A stretch of 59,090 nt of DNA, filler included, from Sphacelaria rigidula (GCA_964200075.2; 8 parts of 8 records of this genome joined end to end with filler, not necessarily neighbours in it); one strand, 5' to 3'. Shown: positions 1 to 12,882, numbered from the whole stretch's first letter. Made by a program: numbers and translations. Notes: generated from the sequence alone by a model not told the origin.

Positions 1-100
1 CTGGCCCGGCGAAAACCCGGCGCGCTCCGTCCTGGCTTTGTAGGGATGCGAGGTCAAGGGTCTTATGACTGTGGCATGCATGGTCATTAGTACACAAACC
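1..100 (+). repeat. Partial copy of dispersed repeat family A
   Basis: AAAACCCGGCGCGCTCCGTCCTGGCTTTGTAGGGATGCGAGGTCAA...GCATGCATGGTCAT matches 39375-39460 and 52278-52350. Confidence 0.85.
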
Positions 101-886
101 AGCCACTTTTCTGGGGGGGTGGGCGGGCTCGGCATCGCTCAACCCTTCGACGCCCCCTACGCCGCTCACGATCCTACAAGAGGCACTTGAGCTGATCTTG
201 TAGCTGTTTCTTCGGCGTTTCGTTTGGGCCCTTCAGACGGCCACCTATACTTGTCATGCGTTCTCTCACTCGTTCAATTGTGAACTTGCCGAATACTACG
301 TACCCCGGCAATGTTCGTCCGCCCGAGCTGCAGCTCCGGTTGTGGCACCCGAACGACCACCAATGCTTGCCCTCGTCTGCCCGAGTTCAGGCTTCACGGC
401 AGCACTGGCGGCTTCCAGTGGACCACGTTGGGCCGGCTGCGAGGTCTTTTATATCATAGATGTCATGCTCAGGCCATGTCTTATCAAATTGCTTTCGACT
501 TGAAAACATACGGTGGAATCGAAATTGCTCGTACCTGATACGCCCGCGACATTCATGCTCTCAACCATATGAGAAAATAAATAGATCTTGGACGAATCAG
601 AAACGAACGATTTTCGATTCGACCGCACGTTTCCGGCACGTGAAACAATTTGACAAGGGCGTGTCTTAGCCGCCTACGATACTTCGAAAATCCCACGATG
701 TGAAACTTCGTGAATATAGAATCGTATGGGGACTGCTCTGAAATCCAGTCAGAGCCCCATCCCGGAGTGTCATCCACGCAACACTTGCACCTGAAGCTGC
801 ACTACACCAGTCTTTTCGATTCGTTGGGTAGGTTTCCCACGCAGGTATCTACCTAGTACGTGACGGTTGGAAAGTGCCTGGATATA

Positions 887-1796
887 CATTGGGGGGATCT
901 CAGTAGTGCCGGTTGAATGGTGCCAACGGCCTATATAATGCCGATAAAATCTCCGGGCACAGCCAGAGCTCGCAGTAGTGCCGCCCAGCACTACCGACAG
1001 ATTACCCTCAGTAGTGCCGGTTTGAACGTTTTTGTACCCTCAACAGTGCCGTTTTCGGGCGGTTTGAACGGTTTTGTAATGCAAGTCATAGGTGGTTTCT
1101 TTGGTGATTGCTTTACTGATGTTGTTTTCTACCGGGTAGCCTGTAGCATCTACGCCCGAGCACAGCCGCGGAAGGAGTCGTGTCTAGTTTGCCGCATCGG
1201 TGTGTTTTTTTTTAGGTCGTTTGTTTCTGTCTCTCCTTGTCTCGGTAGCCGGTAGGAAGTGAAAAGGGGTGTGGTTCATTCTTTCTCACTCACTCCTTTT
1301 GGTGGGCGGTGTACTCTTTCGTGAGTTTTTTTCCACACCAGATGCCGCACCTTCATAGTTGCGTTGGGTGCAGATGTGTCCTTGATTTTCTTGTCGGGAA
1401 GGTCTTTCGGCATGAGCAACTTTTGTGGCCGTACTGATCCTACTGTGTTCGTAGGGAAGGAAATGATCAGACTGTGAACAGGATCAATCAAGTTGAACGT
1501 GAATAACAAAAAAACATCGGGTTTAGTTCTGCTACCCCGAAACCTTACGTGACGTATCCTTTCGAAACCCCTTGAACACAAAGTTCCCCGTCCGTTTTGT
1601 GCTTCCGTTGGTCCCAGAAGGGCAAGCGTAGCACTGTACGAACGGACGGTCGTCAGTGGTGCCAGAACCGGCATTACTGAGGTATTCAGAGCCCTCAATT
1701 GCACCTGTTTTGGCACTTCTCAGAGTAGTTCCGGGCTCTCAGTAGTGCCGGTGTCCGTGGTGGGCACATACCGGCACTACTAAGAGCCCCACACTG
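887..1796. mobile_element. Non-autonomous Tc1/mariner-type element (MITE-like, 910 bp)
   Basis: TIRs CATTGGGGGGATCTCAGTAGTGCCGGT and (rc) CAGTGTGGGGCTCTTAGTAGTGCCGGT; TA on both flanks (885-886, 1797-1798); subterminal CAGTAGTGCCG repeats at both ends. Confidence 0.8.
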
Positions 1797-3462
1797 TATC
1801 CAAATTTCCACCGCTGCGCCAGCATGAAAAGTCGAACGTCGCTTGCGGCAGACTTTCCTTACGAATACTTCCTGCGGCGAGGAACTTCCGTGTCTATTCC
1901 CTGCACGCTACAGTACCCCGCGTGCGACGGGCGAAAGTGTCTGCATTACCGAACTTATGGGTATTCAGCAATAGCAGCAGCAAGTCGCCCTCGTCCATGT
2001 TCCGGCGCGCGTGGGTGAAGTCGGCAGTAAGCAACCCTGAAACCAGAAACAACAAGGCGGCGCAATCCAGGTGCAGTTCAAGATTTCGCCGTTTGTGCAC
2101 GTGAGGAGTCGATTCTGGGGGGCCTGCGTGACGAAGGGACGCGCGAGCGCAGAAACACCGGGGCGGTTGGTGACTTGGCAGCGTTCTCTGCAATTCCACA
2201 AAATATATCAACGGTGCACTCCCTGCTGGTTTTTCTTGATCCCCCCCCCCCCCCCCCCCCCCCCCCCCGCGGGGTTTTGGTGCTTTTTTCTCCAAACCCC
2301 AAAAAAATACCCCCCGGCTCCCCCCCCTCTGTTTTTTTCTTCCCCCCCCCCCCCCCCCCCCCTGTCCGTTGGGTCGAGCACGTCGACACCTTCATCGCAG
2401 CTGATAGAAAATAGAGCCCTACGGCCCATCCAGGATAATGTCGTCATTTTTTTACACAGCACATAGGTTTTCTCGGGGTGGAGCATTGTTCCGAAATTCA
2501 ACAACACCGTTAAAACCCCTATCTCCAGCCCGGTAAAATTATGGGTCGTGTTTTTTTTTTTCCCTTGTCTATCCAGAAGCCGGGATATCATCGTTGGTCT
2601 TCCGTGACGGGTGTACTCTTCAGATGTATGTTCGTGACACCAGGTTTGGACTGCTCTTGGACTTTGCCCGAGTCTGTTTTTTTTAGATTTTTGAAAAAAG
2701 CAAAGAGTGACAAAGTCATTGAAGAAAAAACAGATCTGAGGTAATGCTGTTTGGTTTTTATGCATCAACCACAATACTGGTTTCAAAATAGAGGGCGGCA
2801 AACGCTTTCTCTCACCAATCCCCCGGTGTTTTTTTTTCGCGGGAAAACGAAATTCCATTAGATATTCTACGTTTTGTCTTGCCGCTGTCCGGGGGCAAAG
2901 GAGCGTCATCGTGTGGGTATGGTTTGCATGCTGTTTTGGTGTGAATCACTCGGTAAATATATCATAATATCACGGCATATGAACAACAACGTTTTCAACA
3001 AGAAAGTATTGATTCATCTTGCAAAAAAATGGGACGAAAATAATTCGAGTGAGGGAAAAATTACAGACTTCGGGGTAACTCGGGGTAATTGTGGCCCTAA
3101 ATGTTTCGTTTTTTCAGCACAAAAAGCCTGCGGCGATTCACGCAGCCCAATTCCCCCGTCACAAATATTCTTGTTTCACTTCACCATTCGTTATTTTTCG
3201 AAAAGTTTCAACTAAGAAACACGATAAAAAAGGGTCCTAGACGGATCACAGTTACCTTGACCTAACCTCAAAATTCGGCCATGTTCCCCCTAGGTTTTCC
3301 CACAAGAATTTCAGTGATGATGCCGCCGACGCTCGCAAGTGGAAAATGACATAATTACAATAGGAGTTCACCGCTAACAAGCCTTTGACCCTACCCCCCG
3401 CAGCTTGGCCGCAGGTGAACCGGATATGGAGTTTCATGGTATACAAAAGGACTTGTTAATAT

Positions 3463-3636
3463 ATCACACCCTGGACAACCTATGACCAATAGATGCAATA
3501 GTCAAGAAGTGTGCTGGGTAAAGTATAAATCTGTTGCAACTATGGTCGGCCGTCAATAGTTGCGGTAGGCCTATACTTTATCCAGTACATATTTTGTCTA
3601 GTGCATCTCTTGACCATATATTGTCCAGGGTGTGTC
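3463..3636. mobile_element. Short foldback element with CACACCCTGGACAA termini
   Basis: Arms are imperfectly complementary along the whole length; ATAT on both flanks (3459-3462, 3637-3640); a relative lies at 18500-18651. Confidence 0.7.
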
Positions 3637-3647
3637 ATATATACATA

Positions 3648-4183
3648 ATTTCTCTGTCCCATAAGTAAAGGTACCTAAATTTGTACGGGCCTTGAACGAT
3701 GTCCGGTCGTTTTTTATTCCCATAAACTCTACGGTGTTTTTTGGGTCAAGAAGATGGGTTCAAAATTTGCACCTCGTGCTTGAACCATGCCGCCGAACGG
3801 CTGCAAAAAAAGTAGTCGGCCCCAAAATGGCCGTTTTTTGCCCCTTTCCGAGGGGAATCTAAGTGTCGAAATGTGTTTTTTTTCACTTTTATTTAATCGC
3901 CCCCGCCTTCACTGCGGCTTGCTGTCAGGAAGTTCCACGCGATTAAATAATGATGAAAAAAATCGACACTTTTTTTCCCCTCGGAAAGGGGCAAAAAACG
4001 GCCATTTTTGGGCCGACTACTTTTTTTGCAGCCTTTCGGCGGCATGGTTCAAGCACGAGCTGCAAATTTTAAACACATTCTCGTAACCCAAAATACACCG
4101 TAGAGTTCATAAAAGAAAATAAGATCGGACATTGTTAAGGGCCCGTACAAATTCAGGTACCTTTACTTATGGGACAGAGGAAG
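3648..4183. mobile_element. Stowaway/mariner-like foldback element with arms of about 250 bp
   Basis: CTCTGTCCCATAAGTAAAGGTACC ... GGTACCTTTACTTATGGGACAGAG; arms pair up to about 3900/3940; TA on the left flank, CA on the right; terminus resembles the Stowaway CTCCCTCCGTCCC consensus. Confidence 0.8.
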
Positions 4184-4899
4184 CATAGCTCTGGCATCTC
4201 ACTCGACGAACAACGAAGCCACTGAGGTAGACTTTAGTGTACAGGACAGTAAAATGATCCGGACCGTAGGCAGTGCGGTAGTGATAATGACGCCATAGAT
4301 CCATCAGTTTAGCGTACATTAGGACCACGTCGCATTGCAATCTGTACGTCCCTGCTCGGCCAATGGTCCTCAGCAGTACTAGTTCCCACACTACAAACAG
4401 CACCATCAGTATACACAGCAGGCTGAGACTCCTGGCAATATAGCGTACACAGACCCACCAAAGCTGGATGCAGCTCTGGTTGAACACAAGGGGGGCGCAT
4501 GTGGGACCAAAACTTTCGCATACTTGAGCTCCTTTCGGCTTACTTCCCTGTCGATACTCCTTCAGTGCAGTTGCGAATGACACGACGCCTTGAAAAAAAG
4601 AAAAATAGGTGCCCGACATGAGAGAGAACACGTCTCAACCCGAGTACGTGTTTCACCTAGCGGACGATTTCTGGCTCTTCCCACGGCTGTCCTTGTTTCC
4701 GCCGCTGCAAGAACGGGGAGCTCCGATGCCACCGCCGTAGAATCATTGGTGAGGGCTCAGTCCGTGGACCTGTTAAGCCTCTCAAAAGTTCACCATTACT
4801 TGCCTTTATATATCCAATTCCCCTGGACTTTCCGCAAGCAGTTGCGCATACTGTACGTGTCTAGTTCAACCATGTCTTCATCCTTGCCTTCTAATGCGC

Positions 4900-5215
4900 G
4901 GCGTTACGTTACACCGATCGCGCCTCGTGCCACACACGGGAAAAATGGAGGTTGTGAAGACGATGGTGGCAACATGGGCTTGGTTGTGGAGGAAGCAGAG
5001 GCGAGCGCGCAATACGACGCAATGTACAGTAGTGTCCCTCAGGACATGCACCGCTGGTTCCATGATCTGCCGTTTCAATGGTTGAGGGACGTGGGTCCTC
5101 GCCGCGGGTGCTTCCTCTTTGGACTTCCAAGTGGCGTACGCTTGGCGTTTGGCGGCACGTCGCGGCCACATAATCACCGTGTGACGCGTTGTCGCTGGCC
5201 CCGTCAACCTGAGCA
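4900..5215 (+). pseudogene. Decayed ankyrin-repeat coding fragment
   Basis: One frameshift in AAAAA at about 4941 gives VTPIAPRATHGKMEVVKTMVATWAWL. GHAPL and AARRGHIITV*RVVAG follow in shifted frames. These fit the ankyrin consensus TPLxxAAxxGHxEVVKxL. Confidence 0.4.
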
Positions 5216-5309
5216 TAGGGATGGCATGTACACAACAAGGCCAACCGTTGGAACGGTGTTTCATACATTGCACGCCTCTCGTGTGGGTACTCATGACTGC
5301 CAATGCTTA

Positions 5310-7299
5310 GGCGGAACCGTTTCGAAAGGAATAATGCCATTCCCAGAAATCCCGTTCGGAAAAAACGGCTATAATGGTGATTGGTCGCTGCAATACCACT
5401 CCCCCCCCCCCCCCCCCCCCTCCCGGCCCGACACCACTACTCCCACGCGTGGTTCGTGCGGAGCACCNNNNNNNNNNAATAATGCCAATCCCAAAAATCC
5501 CGTTCGGAAAAAACGGCTATAAAGGTGATTGGTCGCTGCAATACCCCCCCCCCCCCCCCCCCCCAGGAAGTGCCCCATAATTATTTTTGCAACGGGGATT
5601 TTGTGTACACCCGGAACGCAGATGTCCCGTTAGCAGGGGTTCATTCAAAGGCTTACCACTCAACCCAATAACACACAATCACAGGTGAATCTGACGAACG
5701 CCCTGCCCCCGCAACCCAATAACAAACAGCTCGAGGCGTAGTTGCTGATCAGCTGAGCACGTTGTGCGTGACCTTGCTCACATCTGCCGAGAATCCAATG
5801 AGAAGGGATGATTTGTGTGAGACGCGGTCGCGCGTTTCCGTTTGAAATTTGGCGCGCACGTGGCCGCCTCTCCTCCAGTACAGAACGGATTTCCGTCAAC
5901 AAAGACCGCCTTGTGTAAATTTGCAAATGCTAGCACCGGAGCTAATGTGTGTGAGTGGTGAATGACTGTGCGTGTTTTCTCGGGCTTCAGTGTTTAGGTG
6001 GCATGTTACCTTGGTGCGTCTTGTCTGTTCCAAGTTCACTCGGTGAATTTGGTTTCTGCTCCGGGTAAACAATTCGGCTGATCGTTTTTTCGCGACTCGA
6101 TTTTTGCGACTCGTTTTTTGCTCCACTTTTCCACTTTAAACCCTATTGATTACCTTTTTTTCGGGAAGACTTTGTCAAACAGAAGCCAAACGCATCTTGC
6201 TCCAAGGGGCACCTGGACACACAGCAGGAGCTGCTGCCTACCTAGTATCATGCTTCAAATCGAAGTCTTGAGTGAGAACACCCAGCGTGCAGCTGCTTGA
6301 CGTGACCACTGCGTTCCACCACGGACCGTTTCCCACGTATCCGACAAGGGAGCAACATCCCCGTCCAGACAGTAGAAATGCTAGCGGATCCTACGTCCTA
6401 ACAGCCTGGCAGCCGGCAAGGTTGTTATGGTAGTGTCCTTCTAGCGATATCAACTTACCGTGCACTGGAGCAGGGTTTGCAGGTGAATGTCTCGGCGATT
6501 GCCTCACCTGCAGTTCGCCCAGATGTTGCGGATATTTTCACGATCTCACTGAGTAACATAACATACACGTGGAAATGTACCAGATCCTGAACAAAGATTT
6601 CTACAGTCAGTACGGATACGATGTTAAAAGTGTACTGAGCACAGTGTGTTGTGTGTGTTGTTCTCCCATCTATTCTGGACGCCGGTCTCCACCTTTCGGT
6701 ATATGTGGGCGCACCGGCCGGGGTCACGCAGGAGGAAGGTCAACACAGGAGTTTCTTTTTTTGTTTGGTTTAGTTCTCCACCTTCCTTCTGCGGTGCTTG
6801 CCTTCTTTTTTATCGCGAGAGTGGTTCAGCATTCCCTTTCCCTCGTCGGCCGTTAAGTCGATTTTGTTTGCACAGTACAGTATAGAATATATTGCCGACT
6901 GTAATTCGTGTACAGTACTCGTATTTCAAGTCGGCAATTGCAACACTATACTTCGAGACGAAAAATGTGTAAAAATCTCCACGACATGGAGTGCTACAAG
7001 CGGCTTTCGCGCCAAAGCGGCTGTGTTACCATACAGCTTCGCCGAAGATACAGGCAGCCATTACAGCGGCGGAGGCGGCTTTTCACTCCTGCGTGCGCCA
7101 CCTGGGGCAAACACACGCCGTAGCTGCAACACGGACAGCTTTCCAGAATGTGACGGAGCGATACAGCGCGTAGCGAGGGGTGATATCCCGCCTACACGTT
7201 GGCCGCAGGTACAAGGAACTGCGTTCATGATGTGGCGAACTACATAGGACAGCGCGAAATCAATGCAGGGCAGGGGTAGGCTAAGGATGTGACGTCCTG
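5310..7299 (+). mobile_element. Long non-autonomous element, repeat family B (PIF/Harbinger-like), cut by the contig end
   Basis: Begins TTA|GGCGG. 5310-6000 aligns in reverse to about 56780-57424 and 6025-7299 aligns in reverse to 15042-16070. No credible ORF. Confidence 0.7.
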
Positions 7300-7399
7300 N
7301 NNNNNNNNNNNNNNNNNNNNNNNNNNNNNNNNNNNNNNNNNNNTTAATTAATTAANNNNNNNNNNNNNNNNNNNNNNNNNNNNNNNNNNNNNNNNNNNN
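7300..7399. other. Artificial contig linker (N-run, TTAATTAATTAA, N-run); the same linker recurs at 14699-14798, 22098-22197, 29497-29596, 36896-36995, 44295-44394 and 51693-51792
   Basis: Seven identical 100-nt spacers carrying a six-frame stop palindrome. The contigs between them are 7299 bp x6 then 7298 bp x2, i.e. sorted by length. Confidence 0.97.
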
Positions 7400-8114
7400 C
7401 CACACTCGCAATACGCTTGTATTTGGTTCGAAACGATGTTAATCGGCATGAATGAGCGTCACGTATCTATAACAAGCTTATTCGAGCAACCGTTGCTGCT
7501 TTTAACGACGATTTGACCTGGAATTTCGTGCTACAAATGGCCCGAAATACCCCCCCCCCCCCTATCGTAGGATGACTCCGCCTAACCCTGATGCAATGTT
7601 GAAAAGTGCTGTAGTACCGCTGAGTGGAAACACGAAGCATGAGCAGCACTACAGACGATCAGAATGGATCATCCCGGATTCGAGTGGTGACTCGAGTGGG
7701 GACGGTTCATCTGCGCCACTAGCGGATCAAGCAGCAACACGCATGTCCTCGACGTTGATGGTGGTTGTGTCGTGGTAATCAAACCCCAGGCCGTTATCGA
7801 GATGTACAGCACAATGAATGAGCTACCTCCGAAAGTTGTCAAGGCCGTCGGCGATTTTGTCGCATGCCGAAGGGCTTCCACAGAATGAGCAACCGTGAAT
7901 GTTCCTTCATGTACTCTGTGGGAGTGTGCGTGAAGCCGAAAGATGTTGACGGTACCATGCATATATACTGTGTAGTCTTCCTCTACCAACCCGGTGGAGA
8001 CGTTCAAAGGTTGTGTGAACTGTCATCTTTTTTTGTATTTCGCCACTGTTGTAGTGACGTAGGTCCCACCACAGGGGTGATGATGATAACAAGGCCGTTA
8101 CCAAGCGTACGACC

Positions 8115-8630
8115 TGCTGTATACCCGGGGTATTTTGCTGGGTATTCACCGTACCCGACAGTGCTGTAGAGCCTGTAAGACCTTCATATTCATACCCCAT
8201 ACTTCTGTGAGTTCTGTAGCCCTCCCGTACCGTTACCGGGAGGCACGGGTATGCTCTTGATAAGATCCCCGGTTGCGGGTGCGGTTTTCTGTGAAACCTC
8301 CATACCCTACCCGACAGTTTCTGTGAGTACTGTAAGCCTCCCGCACCCCTCCCTACAGTTCCGCTAGTTCAATACAAAAGCGTCACCCTAACCCGAGGGG
8401 CGGGTATACCTTACAAGAGTTACCCGATTGATTGCCGGTACCGTTTTTTTCTGTAAGCCTCCCAGACCGTACCCGACGACTTTTGTGACTTCTGTGAGAC
8501 TTTCGTACCGGCACCCGACAGTTCGGTGAACTCTATGAGACTGCCATACCAGTACCCGACGGTTCTGAAAGTTATGTAAGGAATCTCATGCCCTACAGAA
8601 TGTACCCGTGCCTTACAAAACACAACCTTG
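8115..8630 (+). repeat. Dispersed repeat family C, copy 1 (internally repetitive)
   Basis: Multiple GTACCCGACAGTTCTGTGAGTTCTGTAAG-like subunits; ends ACACAACCTTG; colinear with 9550-10061. Confidence 0.8.
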
Positions 8631-9118
8631 CACATTTCGCCCTTCGTCCCGCGGCTGAAGGGAAAGGATATTCCACGTTTTCGTCAGGACCTGTACACAC
8701 CTAGGAAGGTGATGGCATCATCGTGATCGTAACGCAACATCAAAAACACGAAACAATTGAAGTAAATAGCGGTGAATTTCCCTCCGTATTTGTGCTTTGC
8801 GAACATCACATTTCCTCACCGTAAAGAACAGATGACATTGTCGAAGAGTGTCCTCCGCGCAGTGTAGAATATTTTCTATTGCAGTAGGCGATAGAGACGA
8901 TGCCGCACACGGTTCAATTTTTTCTCGTTGCGATATATGGCGGGTGTGCAACTGACACCTAATATAATGGTTCGCCCTGATAGCGGAAGAGCTCTACCAA
9001 ATTCCCGCGCCCTTCGCTGGGATGGGAGGTACGAGAAGTCAAACGGCAGTGGCCGTGACGGATAACCTGGTAGCGAATATGTTGCAAGCACAATTTCACC
9101 GGCAACAATAAAAGTATA

Positions 9119-9321
9119 CCAGGACAGGTCGAGTAGAGTATACTCAATTGCGGGGTATTTTGACAGACGCACTTGAGGTACTCAAATTAGGGTAGTGTTG
9201 GGAGTTGTACCCAAAATGTAACTGGAAAGCGATCCCTGAAACCCTACCCCTACTTTGAGTACCTCAAGCACGACTTGCAAAATACCACGCAATTGAGTAC
9301 ACTCAAGTCGACCTACCCTTT
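9119..9321. mobile_element. hAT-like MITE (203 bp)
   Basis: Inverted arms of about 75 bp (AGGTCGAGTAGAGTATACTCAATTGCG / CGCAATTGAGTACACTCAAGTCGACCT) flanked by an exact 8-bp duplication AAAGTATA (9111-9118, 9322-9329). Confidence 0.75.
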
Positions 9322-9549
9322 AAAGTATATCCGCCCTCGTCGGTAGAACAATCGGGAAACGACCAACTACCCTTCGAGACTTTGTAGGCCGAGGAAGCGT
9401 TATACAGCTTCAAAGGACCATGCGGATAAGCGTGTCATACAGAAGAAAGAAAAAAACGTGAACAACTATTTTCATGACCGCGGGAACGCCTCCGGGTACA
9501 AATTAGGACGAATATCTCACCGTTGTTTTTGCGTACAACCCGGTTTTCG

Positions 9550-10061
9550 AGATACCTAGGGTGTTTACCCGGTTATTAACCGTACCCGACAGATCCGAGA
9601 CTTCTGTCAGGCCTTCATATCGAAACCCGACAGTTCTGTCATGTCGGCAATACGGGCTTCTCGTACCGTTAGCGGGGAGCACGGGTACGTTCTTCGCCAG
9701 ATCCCCGATTGCGGATACGGTCTTCTGTGCACCCCCCACACCCTCCTCCACAGGTTATGTGAGTTATGTAAGCCTCTCACGCCGTTACCCGACAGTTCTG
9801 CGAGTTCTGTACACAAACTTTGCCCGTACCCGGAGCGCGGGTATGCTCTGCAAGGAATTCCCGATTGCCGGCACGGTTTTTCTTATAGCCTCCCATACCG
9901 CACCCGACAAGTCCCTTACTTTCTGGAAGACTTTCAAAATGGCACCCCACCGTTTGTAACTTCTGCCAAACTTTTATACCGGTGCCCGACATTCCTAGAA
10001 GTTCTGTAAGCAATCTCTTCCCCTATTTAACATACCCCGTGCCCTACACAACACAACCTTG
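9550..10061 (+). repeat. Dispersed repeat family C, copy 2
   Basis: Diverged direct copy of 8115-8630 with the same ACACAACCTTG end. Confidence 0.8.
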
Positions 10062-11302
10062 GAATAATCTTTCCTTGATGTACAGACAGTAGTCCTCATT
10101 AAATAACTAAACGCTACTGTAACGGACTATAAGACGAACAAGGCAAAAAAAGGCACAGGTTGTCGGCGTTGAGGATGGAGATGACACGTGGTCGACACCC
10201 GGGGAAAACCATGGTAATCACGAACGTTGGATTTCATTTGTACACAAAAAGGCGACGTTCACCCCTCTTCTTCCTTCGGTGGTTGTTCAATGTATTGCCA
10301 GGTAACCACAACTATGAATTATTGCTCTTCTCGAATCGATATTCAGGGAGCTATCATATTCCGCTATGAATTGTCAATACAAATCGTCTCATATGTGTCA
10401 TTGTGTATTCCCGTACCTGCTCTCAAAAGGTTTTCCACGGCTGGAGACACAGTGATGGGTGTCGGCGTGGAGGACACGCAATTTGCCGAGGTTGTTCTGA
10501 GTCGAGGACGTCGGATGGAGCTGTTTTTTGCGAGCCGGAATGCCAGGACCCCCCTCGAAGGACGCGTGGACGTATCCTTTGACAAGGTTTTCGCCAGCGG
10601 GTGCTTTCAGGTGCGCCACGGTTGGATATGGGCTTGCGATGGTTCGTCGCCCGTATACGTTGAAAATGTGGAGTGTTCATAGACAGCGCTGGTGTCGACT
10701 AGCGTGGGATGTAAGCGGCGCGACCCTCACTCGGCGTGCGTTTCTGGAGGCAGCTCCGCGTCATTCGAAGTCATCCTTCGATGGTGCCGTGGTCGGGCAA
10801 GTTTCGAATACCCACAATTACGGGAAATTGTGGAGTATGACGTGGCCATTCACGTGATAGGCCCCTGCCGCGATGGTCGCCTTGAAAACGTATTCCGCTG
10901 ACAGATGGACGCCGAAGTGGAAAGCTTCGCAGGACCGGACATGCTGCCCTCCGGGCTTCCAGCGGATCTGACGCCGCCCCATCTGAATGTCGACGGCGAT
11001 GATGAGACAAAAGTCATGAAAGGGCTGCACCGTGGCCTGTCCTACCTCGGATATACGCTGAAGGTGTGAACCTCTTGCTGCATCGACTACACTAACTTTT
11101 CGATCGTACCGATCCCATAGATTGTGCCCGTCTTTTTCCTTTCCTGCGTGGTCGAAACAATGCCGTAAACCACTTGATGCAATAAAATAGCTCAAACGGA
11201 AGAATGTTGAAACGTGAAAGTCATAGTGTTCGGCCTCTGAGAAAATATTTTTCAGTCAAAATCGCAAAACAGTTGTGTAACTCTTCGCCGAACGCAAAAA
11301 AA

Positions 11303-12577
11303 ATGGAACCAATTCAACATTGTCAAGAAATTATGGTATCATTTCCTCCAACAAGAAACTGTAATGTATGCCAAAAAACAACCACACAAGAACAAGAAAT
11401 GCAAGAAATAAACCCCGAAAATGAATTTAGGATGAGGACATCAGGAGAATATATATATATATACACTGATGATATGACCGTGATGATTGCTGGAACAAGT
11501 CTCATGGAACACTGTCTTCGCCCCGAAAGACATCATGCCATTTTCATGTTCTCACTGCATCGAGCTACTGTCGTATCTGCAATTTGGCTACCGATTGGTT
11601 TCGCCACTGCTCTTCCGTTGAACTTCGCCGGTCAGCCCCGCGATCCGAACATCAGCGAGTTATTCGTCATTACACCGCCTTCGGGAACAAGCCTGAAGCA
11701 CATGGACATCGGATGCTGGGAGCAGCTAATCATTTACAACACCCCAGAGGAAGCAGTGGAATCCCTCACAGACGAGGAGGCGAAACTATAATAAAGAGCA
11801 AGTGGCAGTATAATGCAAAGACACAGGTTGTAGTCCAAGGTGCAGGCTCACAAGGCCAGCGGGCAACAGTCAGGCTGGCACAGCTCCGCACACTGCTGAG
11901 AACAGCTCAACACAATATCAGACGAGGTTCACGCGAATAGATTCTTCACTTCTCTCTTGATTATCTTGATTCTAACTCCGGTACCCACTCAATCAGTCCG
12001 ATTCGACCCAATGCGTCTCACCGATTGTTATACTTCTTTTGCTGGAGGGCAATAGAGGAGCAGTTGATAGTGCTGGAGGATGAGCGAGCTATATCGGTCC
12101 CGGCCGATCTATCTCGCCATCGTTTACCAATATACAAGCTCACATCCGAACCCGACCAACTTTGAACAGACCTGCAATCTTGTCTACTGGGATTCCCAAT
12201 ATGACCGAAAGCCAGACTTCGACAACGGGTCTGAAGCGGCATGACAACAGGCTAGTATGCATCTTCATGACACTAACCCACCCAGACGAACCTCTAATAC
12301 AGCTGCGAGGATTTATCCTCAAAGCAGCGAAAAGTAAGGTTTTTCTTTACTCATCAATTCATGAGCGGCTGATATAGCATACCTAAAGGAACACTCCCGT
12401 ACCAAACACTCCCGTACCAACAATCCTGTACCCCCTCCCACACCCCAAAAGAAGGGAAGCATAGACTGCTTCGAGGAGCAGAAACAATTGCTCCGAAACG
12501 CGGAAGCACAGACTGCTTCGGCGTACCAGCGATTGACGAAGAAGCGCGATTTGCTTCGGCGTCTTAGCAAAAATTAA
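11303..12577 (+). pseudogene. Decayed intronless ORF of unknown function, convergent with the gypsy pol
   Basis: Protein-like frames chain end to end: MEPIQHC...DEEAKL, shift at about 11785, IIKSKWQY...GSRE*ILHFSLDY...PDQL, shift at about 12162, LNRPAIL...SIHE, shift at about 12365, AADIAYLK...RRLSKN*. Confidence 0.45.
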
Positions 12578-12882
12578 GGGGGAAAACAGGGAGGTACAAC
12601 AGGGAGCAGAGCTTCAACCTGGGGGAATCCAAAAATTGCTAAAAGCTGCAAGATCGAAAAGCTGAAAATCGGTGATCCAACGAGATCGAGCGCCAGATGA
12701 AGGGGATACTATGGCTCCAGTAGTTATAGGTAGTGGTTGTGTCAGTAGTTCCTGGTCGTCGTCCGATGTAGGTCGCGCGATTGTGGTGTAGTAGAAGAGG
12801 GTCCTGGTGGAGAAGGGGGGAGCACACAATGCTTACGGGAAAAAAGGGGGGTGGGGCAACAGTTGCGACAAAGGAGCGTGGT

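Noticed and set aside
2230..2375. Poly-Pro/poly-Gly ORFs
   Set aside because: They arise from long C homopolymers that look like low-quality sequence.
4590..5522. 310-aa ORF as a gene
   Set aside because: It runs through a gap and into a repeat; the ankyrin-like signal switches frames, so it is not an intact CDS.
5325..5570. Tandem duplication around a 10-N gap (also 43780-44015)
   Set aside because: Near-identical sequence on both sides of a small gap next to poly-C; probably an unmerged overlap.
7344..7355. Regularly spaced TTAATTAATTAA palindromes as a biological repeat
   Set aside because: Always centred in N-runs; a six-frame stop linker added during assembly.
8115..10061. CRISPR-like array (also the arrays at 900-1020, 41282-41560 and 55230-55380)
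   Set aside because: Repeats are degenerate and irregularly spaced, there are no cas genes, and the context is eukaryotic; they fit transposon subterminal motifs.
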